A stretch of DNA of 63,530 nucleotides, filler included, from Nemertoderma westbladi (lineage: Eukaryota > Animalia > Xenacoelomorpha): the NCBI GenBank assembly GCA_032718475.1. It is 4 parts of 4 records of this genome, joined end to end, with 100 filler letters (N's around TTAATTAATTAA, not from the genome) between each part and the next. Parts side by side here need not be neighbours in the genome. Positions count along the whole stretch, not along the records: positions 20,437 to 44,731 come from JAUCBJ010008026.1; positions 44,832 to 57,924 come from JAUCBJ010005733.1; 2 more parts are not named here. One strand, given 5' to 3'. How positions within the stretch are numbered: position 1 is the stretch's first letter; every line of letters begins with the position of its first letter. The notes below the pieces were generated by a model. It was not told where the DNA came from, did no database searches, and saw nothing but the letters and a program-made list of their open reading frames with translations. Below, piece by piece: positions 38,401 through 49,750 of this stretch. A program made the translations under genes and the position numbers.

Positions 38401-38584
38401 GAGTGCTTATGATAGACCTACGGTGTTGGACTAGCCTAGGGTCTGATATTACTACTGGAGGGATGATCTTTCTTACAGTAGGAGGTGAGTTGAACTTCGG
38501 TCTCACACGTTCCACACTCCTATCTGGGTCACAGATGGTTGTATCTAAGAGACTGTCTGACAGGTTTTGCTTTGTATCAGACAT
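35462..38584 (-). CDS. intact BEL/Pao Gag-aspartic protease polyprotein (1040 aa) lacking RT, RNase H and integrase core
   Basis: Gag core KFNGDEMKWLPF...LSNGEKLRFL, triple knuckle (CALCDGPH..C, CYNCLRRGH..C, CAKCGAKHHSLLH), protease ALLDSGST and YAVRTRVGW, then an acidic linker and stop. No YxDD. Confidence 0.9.
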   Translation of the reverse strand: MSDTKQNLSDSLLDTTICDPDRSVERVRPKFNSPPTVRKIIPPVVISDPRLVQHRRSIISTRVVPKVTSVLETPVLPELNSKFPLHSTTLPVPGGTVHANTPVQIAEREINNLSPVVPRQPATMLATPASAVEWVEEGRRGMNLLLGQMQETVHQLKGTVREGRAELQEVQQSIALERDKLVNIQKGIPIPPVTLCQPVRSEVLHAQGVEPTRIYTASEVETPIANPIKGDYRPVINDIPYRPDNDPRNLYTDNSILNNTMAQESFTRQMARTEARQAVKVGEIVKFNGDEMKWLPFNEYYKDSIQNSVLSNGEKLRFLIKCLEGPPKLMALKFIGHPDGLRQVWDTLNIRYGNKDNIAKYLYAKLVAPRHFLSSGIIEFSDEIQEICRQLDWLGKSHEYQSSMVIGAVVSTLPKGGVCTRWDKKVLYMNEQQRRSPTMADLMSFLDSEVKLQLIRQSREKTSENKVSEKPVSRRRIIPVCYTDDGESQASQEEDSGKDTERSYYDNKTYKDVSKYKSRTSDRREQVTTTPPTSPKRIHGRKPEERTRVQNVNQVKVSNIKPKCALCDGPHRLSACAEFLKKSMADRRGVLWDKRLCYNCLRRGHQRRTCYSDARCAKCGAKHHSLLHTEFERNSPSQVSEPKSHVQFSDVNDTDQSSEWEGFYTDEFSDANESCYLINTAVYRALTYEKDINDEFPPTTFAKQPSWKAPASNVGIREFPVVQVRVHGLNKSYIVNALLDSGSTGTFINQELAEDIFAGQPKFRTKLNMSGIMQVWKSTLTADYYVGVLSTPQDKLGTQGIRSVKMVAIKNFATTQAEPYNWDEDECIQHLEIPRFQTDYPGVQILIGQNAHEALETLEKRPAQPQPLQTYAVRTRVGWYFTGPSRRTLEERLPSERLYQINGLEVESSEVDELTEGTPYSSDNDDINSNEDQWRHRPEMINLADIASRGATPQERIDTPGWLGGPDSLNKEEDEWPPHLTTAESRQAKGAEKVTRQPNHPAGRLCLLERDQKLSGNYGRQDTLPTTTSLIRQISRDSIT

Positions 38585-39923
38585 GTTTGTTTGTACAGTT
38601 GGATGCCTACTGCTGTATTACAGTTAAAGCAAGTCTAGTAATTCAGTATCAACTGTTAGCCTAGTAATTAATTACCGATATTGTTACTCAGTATAACGTG
38701 ATATATATATAATATATTAGAATACCGGTATGCTTATAGTATATATAAGTATTATTACAGACTAGGTTTGTCACAGAATACCGGTATATAATTTCAGCGC
38801 AAATATATATAAATATATGATAGGCCTATCGTGAATACCGGTATACAGCTTACACTTATAATGTATATATATAAGTATAATTACAGACTAGAATTAATTA
38901 CAGAATACCGGTATATAATTTAGCCTAAATTTATAGAAATAAATACAATAAGCCTATTGTAAATACCGGTATGTCAATTATTTTAAATAATTGAATTTCT
39001 GAATTTTAGGGGTTACTTGGTTACTTTACTTTACTTTATTACCGTTATTTAAGCAGTAGTCCAACTGATATTTAGACCTAATTATTATAAGACAGGCCTA
39101 CTATTTTATAAATAGTTTTGAGTTGATTTATAATATATATACCCGTATAATGGGTTTTGTCAATATTTGAAAAAAATGGTATTATTTCTGGGAAGGAGTC
39201 ACTACACAGAAGCTGTACGCTCTCAGTGAAGTGCTACTTGTTGGACACTAAAACAAATAATTCTAATTTACCTAAGTTACTTAATACTACAAATTACGTA
39301 CAATTCGGGGTGAGATTACAATCTCTAAATAAACACAAAAAATTACAAGTACGAATTTTTTAGGGTAATTTTACAAGAAGTCTACAAACCAGCCTAACAA
39401 GGGGTTAGAATATCTGGTTATTACAAAGGACAGGATACTACAGTATTTGAAAATAACAAGCAGTAGTAAATATATTGCGTTGTCCAGATAGAAAAATACC
39501 ACCGTCTGACGACTTATAGCCGTATCGATATAAGTACTACGTTATGTATCACGGAGTGTTCCTACCTAGAAGTTAATTACCGCGGTCTACCAGAACCAAC
39601 GTGCCTATTAACCACTTTACAACACAAATATACTGCCTACACACTAATTACCTTCGGAAAGCACTGTACACTAAACCCTAAATTAGGTACAAGTACTTAT
39701 ACAACAAATAATCAGTAGTTAAAAATACTTGAACAGCTAAAAGAACCACGGTATCTGCCGGAGTGACCAAAGCATAAAATCTCCAGTCTTTACCTACGCC
39801 AAGCAGCCCTGATGTAGTACCGGGGTTAATTTAACTATAACGGTATATATAACAAGCACAATTACTGTAGGAATAAACTTGGGGTTGTGAATGTTGCGAA
39901 TAATCGCATAAACTCTGAATAAT

Positions 39924-40496
39924 AAATATTACGCTACGCGTACAGACTACTCAAACAAAATACAGACCAAACGCTGACAGACCACTATCAAGCCTAAACA
40001 AACTACAGTATATGCAGACTCCGAAATGGTTAGTTAGTATGCGTTCTAACCGAGTAGTACGACTTATTCTTTCGAGGGGATTTACCTCATAGCACTGGAA
40101 GCCCCTACTTTCCTAACTAGTACTTTATCGGACATACACTCTACACACACCGCAATCTCTTCAGACCTAACAACAGCCAGACAACAATCCAGCCTACAAA
40201 TTATCTAAATAAGAAATATTACGCTACCCGTACAGACTACACAAACAAAAATACAGACCAAACGCTGGAAGACTACTATCAAGCCTAAACAACTACAGTA
40301 TATGCAGACTCCGAAATGGTTAGTTAGTATGCGTTCTAACTGAGTAGTACGACTTATTCTTTCGAGGGGATTTACCTCACAGCACTGGAAGCCCCTATGT
40401 TCCTAACTGGCACTTTATCGGACATACACTCTACACACACTGCAATCTCTTCAGACTTAACAACAGTCAGACAACAGTCCAGCCTACAAATTATCT
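39924..40496. repeat. ~290-bp tandem duplication in the retroelement leader
   Basis: 39924-40206 and 40214-40496 are near-identical (AAATATTACGCTAC...CAGCCTACAAATTATCT). Confidence 0.9.
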
Positions 40497-40829
40497 GTAC
40501 AATCTGGGCAGGCTTACACGTCTTCTGCTCAATATTAACCTACAAGTAAATAAAACTGACAGAAATAAGTAAGCTCCAAAAGAAACAAGGGGTGTACAGT
40601 CCCTAATCTCTTAAACAGCCTACCGGTATACAATATCACAATCGAAATAATACTAGTACCTGTACTGCAGTAAGTACCGGTGTTCGCGTGGTTAGGTAGT
40701 TAGGCCTACTGGGTACCGGTTGACCGGTACTTCAGCTTTATTGCCTACTGCAATACAGAAGCAATAACCATTATTGTTCTTACCAGAACAATATTAAACT
40801 GTATTTATTGCCTACACTGCAATCTGAAA

Positions 40830-42029
40830 TCAATATCTGTTATTGTTCGCACTTTCAGACCTTTAGCAGTTTAACCTGCCAAATCTGGATGTCTTCTAGA
40901 TTGTAAATCGACTTTAGCCTATGACGAGTATTTGATACACTACATTAGCCGAAGCCAGTCTATGCGCGACCATTCATCCGCTGGATATACCCGGGAGACT
41001 GGATTCGGAAGCCTAACCTTATTGCGGTGTAGGCCTACTGTATTATTCGACTGATCGTAATATATAATCTCTGACAAATATTATTCACTTTCGGGAAATA
41101 TTAACAGTTCCTTTAGGACGTGGCGCTCTAAATATGTAAACAGAGTTATGACTTACACTAGCCACAACGAGATGGCTATGGATTCACGTATATAGCGCAT
41201 TCTTTAGGAGATGCTTTGTTATCAGTCACAATCATATACACTACCGCACAATGCTGCACACAGATCTGCCGACCTTCACTAATTTTAGTCACATATAAAG
41301 AGAACAACAACCAACTCATGTAGTGCCTATGAAATAGCATTAGATTCACTCCAAAACCACTTTAATGTAAGTCGCAATTGTTATATGTAACCGGTCTCTC
41401 TAACCTTCAGTATATCAAGAAGATTGGGGTTTCTGATTATTGATCGATATTATCCAAATATAACAATATTCCATCAACTGATATAATGAATAACCGACAC
41501 TAAATAGCAGTAAAAATGCGGTGTTTGTAGTTGACAATATGATTAGGTGAATTATGAATTGTTATGAATTGATATGAATTGATAACAGATATACGTTTCT
41601 ATGATTAAGCCTACTAATGTTTGGCTAAAGCCTGAAAACACAGAGGTTCCAAAGCCGGTCTTCTGGCTGTGGACAAAATACACATACTGACTCAATTCAT
41701 AAGTTTCTGTATACAACCTCCAACACAGAGTCAAAAAACGCTCTGATTGGTCGACCGAACAAAGAAACGACAGAGAACAAAGAAAAAGCTCCACGTGTAC
41801 AGATCAGCTGTTAGCTGTCGTCATAGTAACTACACTGTTTCAAGAGGATTTAGCGTATTGCGACATAGAATTGCTAGTTATGTCCGCTAAATTACACATA
41901 CAGGAGAAATGGCTTTTTATGTCCACTAAAACAACGGTACAGTAAGGAAACGGCTTTTGATGTCCGTTAAAACACCCACAGAGTACTTTGCGGGATAAAT
42001 AACCAGCTAATTCCGCAAAAGCTTTTACA
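40830..42029 (-). repeat. 5' LTR-like repeat of the Pol-less BEL/Pao element
   Basis: Partner of 31125-32470, including the identical block ACTTTCGGGAAATATTAACAGTTCCTTTAGGACGTGGCGCTCTA. Confidence 0.7.
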
Positions 42030-42041
42030 ACAGTGGCCTTC

Positions 42042-42183
42042 TGGCCTTGAAGATGCGGATGATCTAGCAAATGTCATGGGTGATAGGGAGTTGTGGCGGT
42101 GCAATTTTGTCGATAAGCCGGCACAGCATTCTTAAAAATGCAGCTGCAATGCAGCATGCCGATCCTAGTAGTAGTAGTAGTAG
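42042..42183 (+). mobile_element. short 3' fragment of the RTE-clade LINE with (TAG)n tail
   Basis: Matches the last ~140 nt of the 61329-63342 element and ends in CCTAGTAGTAGTAGTAGTAG. Confidence 0.9.
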
Positions 42184-42519
42184 GTCTGCCGCGCCGGTAG
42201 GCGAGGCCTAGCTTTGCTCTGTTGCTGCTTTGTCCGTTTGTCTGTTTGTAGGCATAGCAGCCTAGCTAGTCTAGTAGGGGCCTACTGCCTACCTAAGTTG
42301 CTGAGTACTGGCAGATAGGCAGACTGCTGGACTGGCTGACCGGTACTGGCAGACTGGAGTACAGTAGTACGGTACCTGACAGCCTGACGCGCCTGCCACA
42401 GTGCGGGTCCGTCTAACATTGTTTCGTAATACGTAATACTTTATTATTGTATTACATAGGCCTGACCTGACAGCGTGGAGCGTCACAGTCGACTATGCAA
42501 ATTACCAATATTACTGAAT

Positions 42520-42705
42520 GTAATAATTATTTATTACATGGCTGCATGGGAAAAAAGTAGAAGTTCTTTTCACTATTCTTGAGGCATTTTCATGATTTTA
42601 TCGACCGTCACCGAGGATAATAAAGGGTCAAGAGAATATTGAAAAAATATGTTCTACACGTTTTTTCTCATGCAGCCATGCAGCCATGTAATACGTAATT
42701 TTATT
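42520..42705. mobile_element. small foldback MITE
   Basis: Inverted repeats TATTACATGGCTGCATGGGAAAAAA / TTTTTTCTCATGCAGCCATG...GTAATA, plus inner ATTCTTGA / TCAAGAGAAT arms. Confidence 0.6.
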
Positions 42706-43772
42706 CATGAATTATTGGTAGGCCTACATTTTAATTGATCAATTCTTTAATAAAAAAATAGAGCGATATCTGGATATAGTCTGATAGTGTTATAAAAATA
42801 TAATGGAAATTAAAATATATGGAAATGTAGTACAGTCTGACAGTAGTAGGCCTATTTTACTATAGGCCTATCTGTATATTGCTTCCATTCAAATTACTGC
42901 ACTCTTCAACTCCTGATGGTTACTGCTGGGTTACTTACAGACTTACTCATTGATAAATCAGCAATTGATTTACTATTCTCGAATACTTATTAAGCAGTTA
43001 AGTACCGGTAACTAAAGATATCACTAAAAGATAAACCAATATCAGAATAGCAGAATAGGGTCTATTGGAAATATGGGGTTCGATTTTGGAGTAAGCCTTG
43101 CAGACACTAAAGTTGCAATAACTTTTCAGTGTGTGCAAATGTGCATGGATTTTGCTCAAATTATGTGCAAATCTTTTCATGTCGATGTTCTTCTGTTAGG
43201 CCTAATAAAATTTAAGAAATTCGACCAAAAATATTTTAATTTACTTTTTCGCCGGAAAAATGCTATCGTAATCCTATATCAGTATATTGTTTTATATGTC
43301 CTACTGTCTGACTGTCAGACTGTCCTAGGCCTGTAGGCATACCATATTTAAGGTTAGCCAATAATTGCAATTTTGACCCGATTGAGTGCTAATAATGTCA
43401 TTACAAAAAAGTATGTCGGTGAGTGGGATTTTAACTCAGTACTTCGCCTAACAGTAGGCCTAATCATATGTTACATATTAAAAAGTAAGGCAAACCACAG
43501 TTGCAAACTGTCTTATATCCTACACCGTCGTACAGCCGTAATACATCAGATTGATTATATTTAATTTCTTCAGGCCATGTTCTGATTAGGCTTCTACCAT
43601 AGTCAGATAGTAATTTGCAATTTGTGACGAATATTCGTCAACTCAAATTTTAAAATTCGGCCGGAACCGAATAGGGCCTATGCCATATTCGGCAAAATTC
43701 GGTACCGAACCGAATAATTCTCTCGATCCCTACTTACTGCAACTGCATTCTGTGATACCGGAAGTATTTGCC

Positions 43773-43909
43773 ATGGAAGCAGATCCGGACACTCTCCTGG
43801 AGTGGCTTCAGATTGGACACGATGGAGAACGAGATATGCAACTAATAGCGCTGGAACAATTATGCATGCTGCTTCTCATATCTGATAATATTGATCGATG
43901 TTTCGAAAT
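43773..43909 (+). CDS. HECTD1: first coding exon of HECT E3 ubiquitin ligase HECTD1
   Basis: [45 protein letters not shown] closely matches the conserved HECTD1 N terminus. Kozak GCCATGG and GTAAGT donor at 43910. Rest of gene not seen before the spacer. Confidence 0.92.
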
Positions 43910-44317
43910 GTAAGTTTCGTTTCAGTTCAGGAGTTTTTTTCTTTCGGTACCTATTTCTGTATTAGCCTACCTGACTCCAAGCTGCAACCCACGACGAGTG
44001 GCGGGTTACGGTAAGACGGTTAAGAGTTACAGGCCATTATTTTACAGTTTTATAACCGCTTACCATGCTTATGCATGGTATGTAGTTCAGTAATTAACTA
44101 CTGTTTGTTAGACTATACTCCGCTCCATCTGGATCTGCCTGTCTGCCGGCACTGGTTAAAGGTTAGATACATCACAGGCCCCTATTGAAAAGTTTTATTT
44201 TCTGCGCCGAACGCGGCGCCAAGTGCAAATAATCTTGCGCCGGCTTGGTGCAAAGCTACGCCAGCAATTCAAAATAACTCATTATTTTCCACAAGGCGAT
44301 GACACATACTGTAACTC

Positions 44318-44731
44318 CCTTTATCTCACACTAATGTCCACCACATACCTCCCAGGTGTCCACTGTCCACCACATTCCTCTCTTTATCTCACACAGATGT
44401 CCACCACATTCCTCTCTTTATCTCACACAGATGTCCACCACATTCCCCCTTATCTCACACAGGTGTCCATGTCCACCATACCCCCCCCCCTCTATCTCAC
44501 ACAGGTGTCCATGTCCACCACATTCCTCTCTTTATCTCACACAGGTGTCCACCACATTTTCCCCCTTTATCTCACACAGGTGTCCACCACATTCCCCCTT
44601 TATCTCACACAGGTGTCCACCACATTCCCCCCTCTATCTCACACAGGTGTCCACCACATTCCTCTCTTTATCTCACACAGGTGTCCACCACATTCCTCTC
44701 TTTATCTCACACAGGTGTCCACCACAGTTTC
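44318..44731 (+). repeat. 34-bp minisatellite in the HECTD1 intron
   Basis: Unit AGGTGTCCACCACATTCCTCTCTTTATCTCACAC, about 12 copies, running into the gap. Confidence 0.92.
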
Positions 44732-44831
44732 NNNNNNNNNNNNNNNNNNNNNNNNNNNNNNNNNNNNNNNNNNNNTTAATTAATTAANNNNNNNNNNNNN
44801 NNNNNNNNNNNNNNNNNNNNNNNNNNNNNNN
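44732..44831. other. artificial gap/contig spacer
   Basis: 100-bp N run with TTAATTAATTAA. Confidence 0.95.
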
Positions 44832-44996
44832 AGATATACTGCCAGACTGCTGTGTATGAAAATATGGGATTGCCAGATGACAAAGTACAGAAGTACTTAT
44901 GTTATATATTGAATACTTGACTTTCCATAGGCCTGTAGGCCTACATATATATAAGTATATAATATCACTTAAGGGTAACTTAGATCAACACTGTAC

Positions 44997-45113
44997 AGAC
45001 ACCTCCCATTAGTGTGCGATAAAGTGGACTGTATGGGGTGGGGAGTTGGGATGTTAGACACCTCCCATTAGTGTGCGATAAAGTGGACTGTATGGGGTGG
45101 GGAGTTGGGATGA
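44997..45113. repeat. ~59-bp tandem duplication
   Basis: AGACACCTCCCATTAGTGTGCGATAAAGTGGACTGTATGGGGTGGG(G)AGTTGGGATG twice. Confidence 0.9.
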
Positions 45114-46466
45114 AAACAACGTTTTAAATCGATGAGAACTGCCAGAACTATATATTATATTATTATAATCAGTTAGAAGTTAAAAGATATTACAGAAATT
45201 GCAGAAATAGTATTTACAGTAAAAAATGACTCTAAAAAAATAAAAAATTTTACTGTTGTATAGGTCAGGGGCTTCCGCATTCCGCAAGCAGAGGGTAAAG
45301 ATGCGAGAAGGTAAGGAAAGTGAGAAAACAGGCCGTTATATACCCAGACTTAATGCAAATCGGGATCGGAACGTACTGAATGCTGATTGGTCGTAACTCG
45401 TTCCTGGTTGGTCGGAGCTACTGATTGGGCAATCGATCCGATTGCACCTAATGGCTGGCGAGGGCAGGAGGTCGATGACATGGGTCATGTGAATTACAAA
45501 CCTATTGGCGTTGGGCAAACCAAACGTGACACCCCAGGACAACCTATACGTTTCGATCCTAATTACAAACAAATGTGCGTGTGAGACGAAAACGAGATCC
45601 CACTGAACAAACATAACTGGAGATTATTCACAACATGACCGCTGTTATCTCTCTTGGCATTATGTTGTAATTGCAGTCAGAAATAGACCTGTTTGATATC
45701 TGAAGCACAAGACCCCGAACGCGAACGGAACTGTTAGTGTACATTCCCTGTAAACCCGTATTAGTGTCAGGAATTATATTGTGAGAATCCATCGACTGAT
45801 AACGCTGGATTCATGGGGCACTGCATATATTTATCAGACGCCCTTTGGCTCATACGCGGCGGACCATTACTGGTTAAATTGGAGTGAGAATTCTGTGATT
45901 ATAAACTAATTAAATAGTTAGTAAAATTACGCCGTGGATGTTTGATTTATAATATGTTGATGTTACTGGCCAAATTTGAGTGAACAATACTGAAGTTGCA
46001 CAAATTCTTTGTTTTAGTAAAAGTTATTGGAGTTAAAAGTGCGAATACAATGTATTAGTCATATTGCCTTCTACTATGCCGCTGTCAGACAGCATGACTA
46101 CATCAAATAGGAATTCTAACTATTTCTTCATATAAATTATTTCTCTTTGGCTTTGCTAGTTCACCAAAACCAATATTGGTAAATGTAACGGCTGGTATCC
46201 AAGGCACCGTTTTAGTAGGAGAGTTTGTGTTGGTCTATCAGTCTGTTACTTTATTTCATAAAACACACCAATTATTTATTCATATAAACTGCCCCATTTA
46301 CTAACATTGAGCTACTTTGCATCCACTAAGCAGCAGTAGGTATTTAATGTTTATTAGGTTGCGTTTTATATTGTTTAAGTATGGCGTGTTAGTGTCGTTA
46401 TATTCATTCGCAGAATATTGTATTTTAGTTCGTATTCAATTTCAATTTCGTATTCGGTTACCTAAA

Positions 46467-48318
46467 ATGTTCAAGGAATCTCTTCTACTTTTAACTCTTG
46501 CAGCTCTTTTAGCTGTGGATTGTCTGGGAGAGAGCCATGGGAACTTAACCGAATTGGTTGAAAGAGACAATGTAAGTTTGTTATTTAATGTAGAATCAAT
46601 GTGTTTGTAGGGCCACTGAAGTTCTTACAACTAACTTTTGCTCTTTTGCCAAAACCTGCTTATTGCGTTCTACTGTAAAGTATGATTGGTGCAAATCAAG
46701 ATTCCGTTTGGCTGTTTGCACATTTGACTTATGTAACCTCTCTGTGTCTCAAATCCTCTCTGACATCCGTATCCTATCTATAAAGTTACACTGTTCAAAC
46801 TACATAGTTGATCAAATTACACGATAATAATAATAATAATATAAAAGTCACTTTTTCTAAATAATTTAGTTTCCTCCGCCGAAGCCATTCAACTTATTCC
46901 ACCAAAGATAAATATGTTGTGAATGTAGACCTTGCGGTTTTTTATCATCATAGCTTTATGCTACGGAACAACCTGCCAACTAGAGAATAGACATTGCTAT
47001 TGCATTAAGATAAACCCTAAGTAAATTTAATATTTAATTAGGATTATATATCCTTGTAGCGGTAACAGTTTTGTTCTCATATTATTTATTGCGTATTGTT
47101 GATTGATGAGAATAGTAAAATACTATAGACTGTCCTATTTCTCTATAATTAACTTTTTTAATTTTTTGTAATTCATTGGTATCTTTGAGTCAGGTTTATT
47201 GGAAACCCCGAGATTTTGTGACTTTTCCTAAAAGTTAATGGGCTATCCAATAGAACAAACGCCATTTACATGGTTATGTTAGTTTCCGTGCTGTGGCCCC
47301 TTTATGAATATGAATATATGAATAATCTAAAGTTACGCAATGATTATTGTTTTAGGATAAAGGCCAAGAAGATTTAGATCTGGTTACCAACCAAACCGGC
47401 CAAAACATGTTAAACAAAAGGTACGGCCATCTGATAGAACCGGTACAGGGGTTGACGATTCAACGAAGAGTAACAGGTAGATTAACATATAACAAAGTAT
47501 AACATGCATCCCTCCTATGGGATATTATTTAGAAAACTATATGTCCCCATCGCAGTCACACAAATTCGTAAGACAGTACAGTAGTTACCCGGTTCTTAAT
47601 TATATTTTAGATATTCTCTGTTTGTATATTTTTTTTTTAAGAATTAGATACAGAGTGGAAAGAACTGATAACAGAACAGGTTGAGGCTGAGTTGAAAGAA
47701 CAGGTTACAGAGTTAGCGCATTCATCAATTACACTGTATCAGCTAATGGCTTATCGGCTAATAAAGCATACAGATGGGCTGAAGATTCAACAAAGAGTTG
47801 ATGGATCTGTTGACTTCTATCGCAACTGGGATGAATATGTTGAAGGATTTGGCGACCCGAATACCAATTTTTGGTTGGGGTTGGAGATGATCCACAAGCT
47901 GAGTGAAGGCGGAGTGAAGTTGAGAGTCGATTTGTGGTTCACTGGAGAGGGTTATGATAATAAAACTAAGCTTCAGGTGGATTACAACAACGAACACAAA
48001 TACGCGGAATACGACAACTTCTCTGTCGGATCAGCTGCAACTAATTACACCCTACATGTATCCGGTTACCATGGTACTGCTGGTGACGCATTGAAGTATA
48101 TGAACGCTTTCCCATTCACCACCAAGGACCGCGATAATGACCGCGATAACTCCCTCAACTGCGCCGTAGAACGTACTGGGGCGTGGTGGTACAAGATCTG
48201 CAACGCGTACAGTAGCCTGAACGGAGAATATGGTGGGAGGGATCAGAAAGGAAATTATTGGGGTAGTTTTACTGGAGTGAATCCGGCTTCACGAGTTGAA
48301 ATGAAGATTTTGATTTAG
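46467..48318 (+). CDS. secreted fibrinogen-related domain (FReD) protein; exons 46467-46571, 47356-47476, 47642-48318 (~300 aa)
   Basis: Signal peptide MFKESLLLLTLAALLAVDCLG. GT-AG introns of compatible phase (0, then 1). FReD motifs IQQRVDGSVDFYRNWDEYVEGFG, FWLGLE, AEYDNF, FTTKDRDND, C...GAWWYKIC and LNG. Confidence 0.85.
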
Positions 48319-49529
48319 TAAAACTGTAAGTTTTATATAAAATTACTGAATAATTCCAATAGAGTAGCGTTGGAAACTATCTTTTACAATTAATTATAAA
48401 ATTAATTTTTATTCTACTCAGTAAAACCAGTTACCGCGGGTAGGAAACGCAATGTGAAAAAAATTTAATATGAAACATTTAATTTTATTTCACTTGCTTT
48501 AAATCATTTCGTATAACATTTCTATATGGCAAATAAATATAAAATACGATATATTATATTTGGATTAAAAGTTCCGGATTAAATATGTTTTATTTACTAT
48601 AAAATTATTTACTTTAACTTTTTTATTTTGCAGTTTGAATTCCCAATGAGTTGTAGAAGAGATACTGTACCTTGGTCTACCGTTCTATATGATTCATTAA
48701 AATCAACTGCTATATGTTACCAGTTTATATGTTATGGTTATTGGTTTATGTTTGGTTAATATTTACAATATTAATAAATTATAATTGCAATGACTTAACT
48801 TTATTTACTTGACTTGATGTTGTAGAGCGGGGCCCGGTTGCATAAATCAACCTTAGCTAAGGCGCTGGTTCAACCCCCGGTGACGTACTTCCTCGTTTTT
48901 CCATTTCTTGAACAAAACAATAAAAATAATACTACATCATTAATTACAGTTGCATTAACAGCTTAACTCCAATCCATTTAATTAATGTTACGGGATGCCG
49001 GTTGGCCTGAGATCCCGACCGTTCGACTTCCGAGATCCCGACCGCCGCGCGCTCTGGCTAATGGCTGGGTGGATAGAATGACTAGGCTTGGCCGTAGGCC
49101 GGTAAAATAATCGAGTTTGTTTGCTAGACGTTACTACAGCACTATTAATAGGCTGTAGTACAGTGTACCGGTAGTGATGATAATACAGCGTAGCGGTAGA
49201 AAACTAATTCACCTCTACTACACGGAATAAATGCCAACTGATTTCACAATGCAAGTGACTGTAAAATAAAGGAAAAAATATATAATGTCTATAGGAGGCT
49301 AACAGATTGGCCTGTGATAATCGATATACGTTAAGCGGCCAGATGCAGCACTCCCATTGATTACCTTATCACGGCATAAACATCTCCCCTTAGGGGTTCT
49401 GCTGGCCCTAGCCTGCTATATTCAATATGGTCAAATATTATTAAATTGGCTTCCCCTCCCAATTTATAGGTAGGAAGCTAACAATTAACCCTGTCTCGGC
49501 GTTCACCCTTTCTAAATTTCATTACCTTA

Positions 49530-49750
49530 GTATTCTGTAATTTTACTTGCGGGGGACGTTGCATTATCTTGACACCAACTGTTGATTGAGTCCAGACCAT
49601 TTTGAGTTAATTTAAGTCAGTTATTTAATAGGTATTTTATAAACTGATATATCTTTCCTTTATTCCCAAACAAGTTGTCGATTTTATACAGAAGCACAGT
49701 TCTATTTACAAAATCGAAAGCCTTCAGAAAGTCTAGAAAGTATACTGTAT
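49530..49750 (-). pseudogene. highly decayed LINE RT fragment
   Basis: Minus strand reads FLDFLKAFDFVNRTVLLYKI. Confidence 0.55.

Noticed and set aside
44223-44787. ORFs after the HECTD1 exon as further coding exons
   Set aside because: Translations of the 34-bp minisatellite with no HECTD1 similarity.
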